The position numbers were made by a program, and so were the translations under genes. DNA of 64,000 nt from IMG/VR virus record IMGVR_UViG_3300044628_000433, positions 205 to 64,204 of that record, one strand, 5' to 3'. This DNA is from a virus (lineage: Duplodnaviria; Caudoviricetes). The first letter of the stretch is position 1. Every line of letters starts with the position of its first letter. The notes under the pieces were generated by a model. It was not told the origin of the DNA and searched no databases. It saw nothing but the letters and a program-made list of their open reading frames with translations. Shown piece after piece: positions 28,225 to 37,318 of the stretch.

Positions 28225-29655
28225 TTGGCTATTAACTTTCCAAACGCTCCCGCAGATGGAGCAACATACACTGAGGGTAGTGTTCAATGGCAGTACTCCA
28301 GTTCTAATAATGCTTGGACAATGATCACCACGGGAACCGTTGGCATTGACAACGGGGTGAATCACGATCAAGAAGTTGTCTTCTTAGACCGTAACGTCAC
28401 AAATCAAAACATTCCTACAGCTGGTGTTGGTCTTACCTATAATCCAACAACCAGAAAGCTTGGCATCAAGGCCAACGTATCTCAAGCAAACAACCTATTC
28501 GAACTTACGAATAGTTCAGACGTAGTTCTTTCTGCGTTCAATGCTAGAGGTATTCTCAACAAGGCTGGTCAGATCTATTACCAAGGCACTTCGCCAACGG
28601 TTGATGCTGCTGATACAGGTCAACTTTGGTATAACACGGCGTCCAGTACACTTAATATTTGGACTGGTTCCGTATGGTCATCTGCTGGCGGTGGCGTAGA
28701 CATTGCCTCTAATCAGGTTATTACTGGTGCCAAGTCATTCTCAACTAACGTTACCTTGGGCAGCAGCGCATCTTTAGTTGGTGAGTCATCGTTGGTGTTT
28801 AAGCCAACGAACACCACAGCATTAACGCTTACAACCACAGCAGCAACCTTTGCTGTGCCTGTAAACTTCTCAGCTGTTGGAGTAGACGTTAAGAACGCTG
28901 TTGTAACCAAGGCAGATAACATGACGGTTGATGGGGTTAAGACCTTTAGCGGAACAATTAATGCCGCTGCTGGTATTCTTATGAACTCAGGTTCTGGAAC
29001 AAGCAGAATCTTTTCATCAGCTGCCACATCAAGTGGTGCAATAACAAATAATCTAGTTATTCAACCAAGCCAAAGTTCAACTGGTCGATACATTCAGCTC
29101 AATTCTAACTCAGATACTCTTGCATCGCAAGGTATTACAATTAGACCTAAGAATGAAAATAATCAAGGCGACTTAAACGTAATTGGTAATACAAAGATTA
29201 CTGGTAATCTAGAAATTACTGGATCGTTTACCGTACCAACTACTGTTGCAACTATTGGTGCGACATCTATTGGCTCCTTTAAATCACAGAGTGGCACAGG
29301 CGATGGCAATATTAATACCGTTCCTGTAGACATTGGACCACTCAGCTTTAGTCACACCCTTGATACCTCGACTTGGCTTCCTACGACAACCGTATCAAAT
29401 AACTCATCTGCTCCTGTATCCTTTTATTACAAGCGAGAGCAAATAAAGAATACTGGTATTTCAACCCACGGTATTAACAAGTTTAAGTTATTTGGTAATA
29501 AGTCAGTAGTTATTCCAATTACAAATTTAAGTGGAATGACCGCAGACCCAGCGGCTTACGAACGCACTGTAGTTGTCGCACACAACGTAGCTGTTCAGCT
29601 AGCTGGTCAAACAGACGCACCCGTTATTACGAGTTTTACAATATGTCCGGGTTAA
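28225..29655 (+). CDS. Tail fibre protein
   Basis: TTG start after GAGG; (M)AINFP...WQY...W; GQLWYNT; QVITGAKSF and TVDGVKTF repeats. Confidence 0.8.
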   Translation: MAINFPNAPADGATYTEGSVQWQYSSSNNAWTMITTGTVGIDNGVNHDQEVVFLDRNVTNQNIPTAGVGLTYNPTTRKLGIKANVSQANNLFELTNSSDVVLSAFNARGILNKAGQIYYQGTSPTVDAADTGQLWYNTASSTLNIWTGSVWSSAGGGVDIASNQVITGAKSFSTNVTLGSSASLVGESSLVFKPTNTTALTLTTTAATFAVPVNFSAVGVDVKNAVVTKADNMTVDGVKTFSGTINAAAGILMNSGSGTSRIFSSAATSSGAITNNLVIQPSQSSTGRYIQLNSNSDTLASQGITIRPKNENNQGDLNVIGNTKITGNLEITGSFTVPTTVATIGATSIGSFKSQSGTGDGNINTVPVDIGPLSFSHTLDTSTWLPTTTVSNNSSAPVSFYYKREQIKNTGISTHGINKFKLFGNKSVVIPITNLSGMTADPAAYERTVVVAHNVAVQLAGQTDAPVITSFTICPG

Positions 29656-29924
29656 CAGTCGAGCAGTTATTAGCCGTCATTACGGCAGTTGTTATTCCTA
29701 TTTCGGTTTCGACCTATTGGATCGCAAACCGTCTATCATCTCTAGAGACTGCGCTTAAAATGCAAAAAGAAGTGACAGACCTAGAGCAAAGACAAGTTCT
29801 CTACCGTGTTGATAAACTAGAAAAACACGTCCATGAAATTAGAAACGTCTTACAAGCACTCACTTTTAAGTTAATGAGGGGAGATACATTGGATGACGAT
29901 TTTAAGACTCCTACTGGTTTGTAG
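29643..29924 (+). CDS. Single-TM coiled-coil protein (holin- or i-spanin-like)
   Basis: N-terminal TM LLAVITAVVIPISVSTYWIA followed by a coiled coil; adjacent to a lipoprotein gene. Confidence 0.55.
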   Translation: MSGLTVEQLLAVITAVVIPISVSTYWIANRLSSLETALKMQKEVTDLEQRQVLYRVDKLEKHVHEIRNVLQALTFKLMRGDTLDDDFKTPTGL

Positions 29925-30510
29925 CTTTCTTTTTGGTTGTTCTTCGGTAAAGAAGATCCAAGCGGGTTCGAATACTATTAACACAGCATCAACGACAACA
30001 ACCAAGGCTTTGGAAGAAATTAAAGAAGCTGCTATTGTTGCCGATCATAGTTTAGAGGTTATCTATGAGAACGTCAAAGAAATCCCAGCGGCAGAAGAAA
30101 TCAAACAACACGTCGCAATCGCCTCAGAAGCCCAGCAAACGATCATCGAAAGATCCGATCAAGGGCTTTTGGAACAGGCCACGATCTCTTCGACAGTTAA
30201 AGAAATCATCGAGGCAACCTCGTCGGTGAAAGATGCAGAACCGTGGTGGGCTGTACTATTGCAGTACGCCTCAGTTGCGGTTATTAGCTTGGCTGTTGTA
30301 ATTATCTTATGGCAGACAGGCGTTGGTTTAGTTATTCGACGGCTTATTGGATTTATTCCCACAGCCAAGAAGGAAGAAGCAAAGATACTAGATGAGGCTT
30401 TGTCCTCAGAGTCCGAAACAACTATCCGCGAAGCTGTTGCAATGCTTAGGGCTAAAGACCCAGAGCTAAACGAAGCTTTTAAACGGAGAAAGAAACGTGC
30501 CAAACTATAA
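29893..30510 (+). CDS. Lipoprotein with C-proximal TM helix (u-spanin-like)
   Basis: Lipobox LFGC; helical body; TM WWAVLLQYASVAVISLAVVIILW; basic tail. Confidence 0.6.
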   Translation: MTILRLLLVCSFLFGCSSVKKIQAGSNTINTASTTTTKALEEIKEAAIVADHSLEVIYENVKEIPAAEEIKQHVAIASEAQQTIIERSDQGLLEQATISSTVKEIIEATSSVKDAEPWWAVLLQYASVAVISLAVVIILWQTGVGLVIRRLIGFIPTAKKEEAKILDEALSSESETTIREAVAMLRAKDPELNEAFKRRKKRAKL

Positions 30511-30781
30511 ACGTACTGGAATTAAACCACCAGATCTTGATTTGCGTGGTAGAATTTCACGTATTTATACCAACAGCAACGGAGATCTGGTATTTGAATT
30601 TGCTACAGGAAACATAACTGTAGTTCAAGGCGGTGGTACTTCACCCGTCTCTTCTATTCTGGACGGTGGCAACGCATTAGCCGTCAACACAAATGATATT
30701 GATGGCGGCAACGCTCTTGCAAATAACGTAAATGATTATGATGGCGGCGATACAGACGCTAATGTCATCTTCCCACCATAA
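30497..30781 (+). CDS. Small DGG-repeat fibre-associated protein
   Basis: ILDGGNA, IDGGNA and YDGGD repeats directly upstream of the large fibre gene. Confidence 0.65.
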   Translation: MPNYKRTGIKPPDLDLRGRISRIYTNSNGDLVFEFATGNITVVQGGGTSPVSSILDGGNALAVNTNDIDGGNALANNVNDYDGGDTDANVIFPP

Positions 30782-30790
30782 GGATAATAC

Positions 30791-33700
30791 ATGAATGACT
30801 TAATTCGAATACGGCGTGATACATATACAAACTGGGAATCAGCAAATCCAGTTCTTCCGTTAGGTGAAATTACATACGACAGAACCAACGCTGAAATTCG
30901 CGTTGGTGATGGTACGTCTAATTGGCTTTCTCTTCCCACGATTGGCTCAGCAAGCCTTGCTGATGGAGACAAGGGTGATATTGTTGTCTCGGCAGGTGGA
31001 ACTACTTGGTCATTGTCTTCAGCCGTTGCTGCGGATATTGCGGCAAAGCTAGAGGCATCCGATCTCAACCTTGGTACCTCGACCACCCCCGCTACTACAC
31101 CCCTTCAGATTAGACGCGGTGCCACATCTAGCTGGACAGGAATTATCCTAGCAGCTGGTGAAATTGGCTTTGACTCATTACTAAACGAAATTCGTATTGG
31201 TGATGGTACTACTGATTGGGATAACTTAGATCCAGTTGGTCTTAACAAGTTACAGAATCTCTCACTTGAGCAGATCGGTGACGTTAACATTACCAACCTA
31301 GAGATCGGAGATTTTCTTTCTCACGATGGAATGGATTGGGTTAATACTCCAATTACCTTCCCAGCGGTTGACCTTGACGATCTAACCTCAGTTACCCTTA
31401 CGTCTCCAACTCTAGGTCAAATCCTACAGTTTAACGGATCGGCTTGGGTAAATGCTGCAGCACCTACTGGCGGTCCCGGTGTAACTCTTGGTGCTAAGAA
31501 TGACATCACTGTTGTTGGGGAAAACGATTGGCAAATCACAACCAATAGTATTGAAACAGCGATGATTAAGAACGCCAACGTCACGGTTTCAAAGCTTGGC
31601 GGTACTGGCATTACAGTCGCTGGTAAAGAGCTTTTAAATATCGCGGTTGCAGCTAACGATCAAATTCTAGTCTATAATGAAGGTGAAGTTCGTTGGGATC
31701 CAACCGATCTTACTACCGCCGTTGGTGGTCCAGCCTTAAACGCTGTTGCTCAAATTACCAACGTTCCTAACGGAGTTCTTGGTATCTCTAACGAATCTAT
31801 TGTTGATCCAAGCTTCCTTGGTTATGGTCACTTAACCACAGAACGTCAGGTACTCAGTAATACTTCTTGGATTCCAGAAGATCTCTATAAGAATCCAAAT
31901 ACAGAGACCGTAGCATATACGGATGGAAAGACCGCTGGTAACTGGACAACACTAACTACAACTGGTGCAGTTCAATTTAACTCACCGGGTCAAACAGCTA
32001 TTATTTCCGCTAAAGCCACAACAGTTAATTCAACTGGACAACTTAGGCTTTTAGAACCAAATAAGTTAATTGATACTTCAATCAAATTAACTTCTCGGGT
32101 TCGTGTACGCGGTACTGCTGTAAGCCCAAATACTAATTATGTTGTTGGTTTTTATACAACCACCACAAGCACAAAGAGATTTGCTGCTGTTGGTATTAGA
32201 CCAGGACAAACAACATGGCATGTTATAGAAAAACCAGTAAGCTCAGAACCGGGATCCGTCTACGATAGTGGAATCAGCGCGTTAGAGTGGGTTAACATTG
32301 ACATTAGTGTTAAAGACGGCTTGATTACGTGTCTAGTAAACGAAAGCGTGGTTGCGGTCTTAACAGCATCTAACTTTGGAACTACACAATATAATATTGG
32401 TTGTTCTGTGTTTTGCGAAGCTTCAACAACACCACAGCCAGAACTTGAAGTTGATTACTTGCGTTGTTATATTCAAGAACAACCAACCGTATCTACAAGA
32501 TTGCTTGAACAGTCCAACGCTGCTACTGGTGAGGTTTTAAACTGGAATGGTACTAATTGGGAACCAACAGATGTATCTCAGATTGTTATTCCAGCTGCTC
32601 TTGATGCCGTTTTTGAAACAAAAGATATTGCTAATGGCTTGCTTGGTATTTCAAATAATAGCCTTGTTGATCCAACCTTCTTAGGAAAATCCTATTTAAC
32701 AAATACCCAACAAGTATTAACGAATACCGGGTGGATACCATCGTCGCTATACACTAACACTAATACACAAACAGTGGCTTATAGCGACGGAACGGATGTT
32801 GGTAGTTGGTCTATACCTACCCTTACTAGCGGTAGTGTGACTTTTAATCCAACTGGAATAATTGCGGCATACGCGGCAACGGCGGATTCAACGGCCAGCG
32901 TAAAACTACCAACAATACAACGGATTACAGATACTGCGATAGATTTTACAGCAAGAGTTCGTGTTCGTGGTGCCGCAATCACACCAAACACAAGCTATGT
33001 AATCGGTTTCTTTAGTTTAACACCTAGCACTAAGCTATATGCTGCGGTAGTTGCCAAAGATACATCAACATGGAAAGTTATCTCTAAACCCGGCGCAACA
33101 GCAACAGAAACAAACACGACAGTTTCCGTACTAAACTGGACCGATGTTAGAATCACGACCAATAACAATCAAATTAAATTTTATATTAACGGCACACTAA
33201 TAACCACCGTTAATGCGTCTGATTTTATTGGTGTTAGTTTAAATCTTGGTTGCGCTGTTTATTGCGAATCAGCAGTATCTCCACAACCAGAGCTTGAATT
33301 TTCTAGTTTACAAACCAATGTTATGGTTTTGCCTAATATTTCTCCACGAATTATTGAGCAAGATGGGGCAACCTCTAATCAAGTCCTTTCTTGGAACGGA
33401 ACAAAGTGGACCCCAGCAACTGTAACAACAGGTCCAAGTGGAGCCACAACTTTAAGTGATCTTACAGATGTTACCATAACCACCCCAACACAGGGTCACT
33501 TCTTGTGGTACGATACTGGCGAGTGGAAGAATAATTTTCTAACTCTAGATAAGGCATTCGATGTTGATGTGTTTACTGGGTTGGCGAATGAACAAGTTCT
33601 TGCCTATGATGGAAGTGCCGGTTTGTGGCAAAATAAGAATAAGATAACGCTAGATAGACTTTCCTTTAATTTCACACCTTCAGCCTTTTCTGTTCTTGAG

Positions 33701-36373
33701 GGTCAGATTTTCTACGGGCAAACAGAACAAGCTCTAGTAGCCTCCCTTAATGGAAACGTTAAGGCTAAGATCGGCTTAGATCAATACGTTAAGGTATGGA
33801 ATAACACCGGAGACGATATTCTATCTGGTCGCGTTGTTCGTGTTACTGGCGGACACGCATCAACAATGTTAACAGTAACCTTAGCAGATGCAACGTCTGA
33901 AGCTAACTCTTCAGCTACAATAGGTGTTGCCGCAGAACTTCTCCCCAATGGTGGACCTGGATATGTAATTACCAGCGGATTACTTCGCGGTATTAATACA
34001 AATCTTCTTGTAAACGGAATAAACCCACAAGAAGGTAACGCTATCTGGCTTGATACCATAACTGGTGAGATGACAGTTGACAGACCAACCGCACCAAACC
34101 ACGGTGTCTTTATGGGTTGGCTTATTAAGAAATCGTCTGGAGCGGCTGGTGAAATCTATGTTAAGGTTATCAACGGCCATGAACTAGATGAAATTCACGA
34201 CGTTAGTATTACAACACCAACCAATGGACAAGTACTAAAGTATAATGGTACGCTTTGGGTAAACTCTGATTTACCAACGCACACTCATGTCATCTCAGAC
34301 GTTACTAACTTACAGACAACGTTAGATGGTAAAGCTGCGTCGAGCCACACTCACAGCGGTTCAGATATTACTACAGGCACGGTACCCGCAGCTAGACTTG
34401 GCAGTGGTACAGCTAATAACACCACATTCTTGCGTGGTGATAATACTTGGCAAACCGTATCAGGAGGAGCCTCTAACCTAGATGGCCTTACTGATGTTAC
34501 CATTACATCTGCCGCACAAGGTAACTATTTATGGTATGATTCTGGTACTTGGAAGAACGATTTCTTCTATTTAAGTCGAGCAGCTGATGTTGGAAACTTA
34601 ACATCCACTGAAGGAGATATTTTAACATTTACTAGTGGCGAGTGGATAAACGTAAATTTTAATGATTTCCTTACCGACAACCAAGTAACCGTTACCCAGC
34701 TTGCTCCTTCCGCTACTCCTGGAAGATTATACATGTCTTCTGGATTAACTACATCCGGAACTGAATTAGTGTCTGTTGTTAATGGTAGTTTTATTGCTAC
34801 AAACACAATTGATGCAGTATTTGAAGATCGCTCAATCGGTACGCCATCAAACATAGCCAAGTGGAAGTTCGATGTAAAAGATTCATCAATCACAACAACA
34901 AAGCTTGGTGGAGATATTACATCAGCTGGTAAGGCATTGTTAGATGACGCTGACGCAGCAGCTCAAAGAGCCACCCTTGAATTGGGAACAGCAGCAACAG
35001 CCAACACAAGTGCTTTTGCTGCTGCCTCACACACTCATGCCATCTCTGACGTTACGGGTTTACAGACAGCTTTAGACGGTAAGGCTTCTACAACCCACAC
35101 TCACGCAGCTGGTGACATTACTTCGGGAACAATAGCTACAGCTAGACTTGGTTCTGGAACCGCAGATAACACAACCTTCCTACGTGGAGACAACACTTGG
35201 CAAACGGTATCTGGTGGCTCTACAAACCTAGATGGACTTACAGACGTTACCATAACGTCGGTTGCTTCAAATAATCTATTAAGTTACAACGGATCTGCTT
35301 GGATTAATAGAGCAGTAGCAGATGCGATACCAGATGGATCGGTTGGTGTTGGAAAGCTTTCACAAGGCACAGCAACCAGCGGTCAAGTATTGGCTTGGAA
35401 TAACATAAGTGGTTGGACCGCTGCTGATCCTAGCGGCGGCAGCACAACCCCACAAGGTAGTGATGGCTCTATTCAATACAACAGCGCAGGAGGATTTGAA
35501 GGTGCAACATACGCCTCTATTTCCCCAGCTGGAAACATTCAACTCGCTAATTCCACAGAATCAAACGGCGTAGCTAGCACGGCTATTCTAACATCGCAAG
35601 ATTTAGCTGGTAGACCAATGCTTTCCATGATTAGTGGAGACAACTGTCCTATTACAAATCTGCAAACATGTATTGCAAGAAACCGTATTAGTTGGATTAT
35701 AGCTAACGGTGGTACTGGTTTTCATTCAATGGGACTTGCTTCTTCGGTCGTTGGAACGGGTGTGGCAGGAACAATCGCTGATAGTAGCAATTTAGCAAGA
35801 GTTGTAAGAGTTATACAACCATCGTCAGCTGCACTAAACTCATTTGGTAATTTTAGAATAACAACACTTGCAGCTATGCGAGGAACGGTTTCTGGATCTG
35901 GTGGTGGTCACATCATTTATAAATTCGGTAGATCGGATGCCCTTAGTAACTGTTCGGAATATCACGGACTTACAACAACGACATCAGCACCAGCAGCAGC
36001 ACAAGTCGATCCGTCCGCAGCAAGTTCATTTTCACATAAATTTGGTATAGGTTTACGAACTACTGATACAAACTATCAGTTAATGCACTGCACAAACACT
36101 GCTGCAGCTACTGTTGTTGATACAGGAATAGCTGCAGCTCAAAACGTTGCATATACGCTGGAGTTATTCTGGCCTCCAAACCCATCCACAACAATGTATT
36201 GGAAACTTACGAGAGATGATACCGGAGCATCGGCTACTGGTAGCGCAACATCTAACTTACCGTCAGCCGGTACCGCGCTTGGTTTTTCAAGCGCAAGGTG
36301 TACTGCAGCAAATACAACAGCAGTATCACTTAATGTTATTTCTTACTATCACGAAAGAATAGGAAACAAATAA
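30791..36373 (+). CDS. Large modular tail fibre / receptor-binding protein (1860 aa)
   Basis: Two IRR..W...L..GEIG....IRIGDG (Mtd_N-like) modules; multiple LxDLTDV...GQxLxYNGxxW repeats; HTH..I repeats; duplicated beta-sandwich domain. Confidence 0.88.
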   Translation: MNDLIRIRRDTYTNWESANPVLPLGEITYDRTNAEIRVGDGTSNWLSLPTIGSASLADGDKGDIVVSAGGTTWSLSSAVAADIAAKLEASDLNLGTSTTPATTPLQIRRGATSSWTGIILAAGEIGFDSLLNEIRIGDGTTDWDNLDPVGLNKLQNLSLEQIGDVNITNLEIGDFLSHDGMDWVNTPITFPAVDLDDLTSVTLTSPTLGQILQFNGSAWVNAAAPTGGPGVTLGAKNDITVVGENDWQITTNSIETAMIKNANVTVSKLGGTGITVAGKELLNIAVAANDQILVYNEGEVRWDPTDLTTAVGGPALNAVAQITNVPNGVLGISNESIVDPSFLGYGHLTTERQVLSNTSWIPEDLYKNPNTETVAYTDGKTAGNWTTLTTTGAVQFNSPGQTAIISAKATTVNSTGQLRLLEPNKLIDTSIKLTSRVRVRGTAVSPNTNYVVGFYTTTTSTKRFAAVGIRPGQTTWHVIEKPVSSEPGSVYDSGISALEWVNIDISVKDGLITCLVNESVVAVLTASNFGTTQYNIGCSVFCEASTTPQPELEVDYLRCYIQEQPTVSTRLLEQSNAATGEVLNWNGTNWEPTDVSQIVIPAALDAVFETKDIANGLLGISNNSLVDPTFLGKSYLTNTQQVLTNTGWIPSSLYTNTNTQTVAYSDGTDVGSWSIPTLTSGSVTFNPTGIIAAYAATADSTASVKLPTIQRITDTAIDFTARVRVRGAAITPNTSYVIGFFSLTPSTKLYAAVVAKDTSTWKVISKPGATATETNTTVSVLNWTDVRITTNNNQIKFYINGTLITTVNASDFIGVSLNLGCAVYCESAVSPQPELEFSSLQTNVMVLPNISPRIIEQDGATSNQVLSWNGTKWTPATVTTGPSGATTLSDLTDVTITTPTQGHFLWYDTGEWKNNFLTLDKAFDVDVFTGLANEQVLAYDGSAGLWQNKNKITLDRLSFNFTPSAFSVLEGQIFYGQTEQALVASLNGNVKAKIGLDQYVKVWNNTGDDILSGRVVRVTGGHASTMLTVTLADATSEANSSATIGVAAELLPNGGPGYVITSGLLRGINTNLLVNGINPQEGNAIWLDTITGEMTVDRPTAPNHGVFMGWLIKKSSGAAGEIYVKVINGHELDEIHDVSITTPTNGQVLKYNGTLWVNSDLPTHTHVISDVTNLQTTLDGKAASSHTHSGSDITTGTVPAARLGSGTANNTTFLRGDNTWQTVSGGASNLDGLTDVTITSAAQGNYLWYDSGTWKNDFFYLSRAADVGNLTSTEGDILTFTSGEWINVNFNDFLTDNQVTVTQLAPSATPGRLYMSSGLTTSGTELVSVVNGSFIATNTIDAVFEDRSIGTPSNIAKWKFDVKDSSITTTKLGGDITSAGKALLDDADAAAQRATLELGTAATANTSAFAAASHTHAISDVTGLQTALDGKASTTHTHAAGDITSGTIATARLGSGTADNTTFLRGDNTWQTVSGGSTNLDGLTDVTITSVASNNLLSYNGSAWINRAVADAIPDGSVGVGKLSQGTATSGQVLAWNNISGWTAADPSGGSTTPQGSDGSIQYNSAGGFEGATYASISPAGNIQLANSTESNGVASTAILTSQDLAGRPMLSMISGDNCPITNLQTCIARNRISWIIANGGTGFHSMGLASSVVGTGVAGTIADSSNLARVVRVIQPSSAALNSFGNFRITTLAAMRGTVSGSGGGHIIYKFGRSDALSNCSEYHGLTTTTSAPAAAQVDPSAASSFSHKFGIGLRTTDTNYQLMHCTNTAAATVVDTGIAAAQNVAYTLELFWPPNPSTTMYWKLTRDDTGASATGSATSNLPSAGTALGFSSARCTAANTTAVSLNVISYYHERIGNK

Positions 36374-36374
36374 A

Positions 36375-36506
36375 ATGATTTTAGCTTCATTCGAATCGTT
36401 ACTTGGCAGCATCTGGTTTGCTGGCCTCACTTTAGTTGTCGGCTACATTGCCGGACAGGTATTTCCAATCTCAAGTCTTACAGACCTCTTTAAGAAAGGT
36501 AAGTAA
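36375..36506 (+). CDS. 43-aa membrane peptide (holin candidate; not in ORF track)
   Basis: MILASFESLLGSIWFAGLTLVVGYIAGQVFPISSLTDLFKKGK; AGGA SD. Confidence 0.6.
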   Translation: MILASFESLLGSIWFAGLTLVVGYIAGQVFPISSLTDLFKKGK

Positions 36507-36507
36507 T

Positions 36508-36618
36508 ATGCCAAAGGTAGGAAAGAAAGAATTCCCATATACTGCTAAGGGTATGGCAATGGCTAAGGCCGCTGCTAAGAAGAAGCCTATGAAGAAGGCA
36601 CCAAAGAAGAAGAAGTAA
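36508..36618 (+). CDS. 36-aa lysine-rich peptide
   Basis: MPKVGKKEFPYTAKGMAMAKAAAKKKPMKKAPKKKK; AAAGG SD. Confidence 0.7.
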   Translation: MPKVGKKEFPYTAKGMAMAKAAAKKKPMKKAPKKKK

Positions 36619-36953
36619 TGCCAAAGAAACCATCAGTCTCCATGACCAAGAAGGATAAGAATCCAAAGGGTGGTCTTACCCAATCTGGTCGAAACAAATA
36701 TAACAGAGCAACTGGATCAAACCTAAAGGCACCTGTTGGCCGTGCGCCAAAGACACCAGAGGAAATGCGTAGACAGGGTTCATTCTTAGTTAGAATGGGT
36801 TCTGCAGCTGGACCACTAAAGGATGAGAAGGGACGTAAGACCCGACTCAAGCTAAGCCTAGAGGCATGGAATCACTATGGTGATAAAGCTTCTGCGGTTT
36901 CAAAGGGTCGCCGCCTTCTTGACCGATACCAGAACAAAAAGAAAAAGAAGTGA
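36618..36953 (+). CDS. Basic phage protein (KNPKGGL type)
   Basis: KNPKGGLT..GR...GSNLKAPV...SFLVRM...RLKLSL..W. Confidence 0.8.
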   Translation: MPKKPSVSMTKKDKNPKGGLTQSGRNKYNRATGSNLKAPVGRAPKTPEEMRRQGSFLVRMGSAAGPLKDEKGRKTRLKLSLEAWNHYGDKASAVSKGRRLLDRYQNKKKKK

Positions 36954-36956
36954 CAC

Positions 36957-37157
36957 ATGGACAAGGGAATCAATACACTAAAGGATCTTCTCATTGATTG
37001 TCTGATTGAAGATCTTAGCGATCCCGATAAGCGATCACCTGGACTATATCAAGTAGTCGCACGGGTAGTTGCAGATAATAAATCAGACACAATTCCAGCC
37101 GTCAGGGCTGAAACCTTAGAGGGACTATCTCCCTTTAAGCTCAAGAAACAAGCCTAG
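36957..37157 (+). CDS. Probable terminase small subunit (gp18-like)
   Basis: 66-aa helical protein ending ..VADN..LSPF; last ORF before the large subunit. Confidence 0.6.
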   Translation: MDKGINTLKDLLIDCLIEDLSDPDKRSPGLYQVVARVVADNKSDTIPAVRAETLEGLSPFKLKKQA

Positions 37158-37313
37158 TCCGCATAGACAGCGCAAGCTGGGACTAGTCTATATTGGCCGC
37201 ACCCGCTATGATAGGCTGGTGTATTATGGCCGCTCTACCGGGCAATCAATTGCGCCGGGAATTTCGCTACGGGAGGGTAGATCGGTAGGTCTACCCTCCT
37301 ATTTGAAAGGAGG
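37154..37313 (+). ncRNA. Structured intergenic RNA candidate / terminase large subunit leader
   Basis: Several hairpins, including CAGC-GCAA-GCTG and GGAGGGTAGATC-GGTA-GGTCTACCCTCC. Confidence 0.45.
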
Positions 37314-37318
37314 TACTC

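Noticed and set aside
30791-31250. Diversity-generating retroelement suggested by Mtd_N-like modules
   Set aside because: No reverse transcriptase ORF and no adenine-specific template/variable repeat pair seen; fibre repeats differ mostly at synonymous sites
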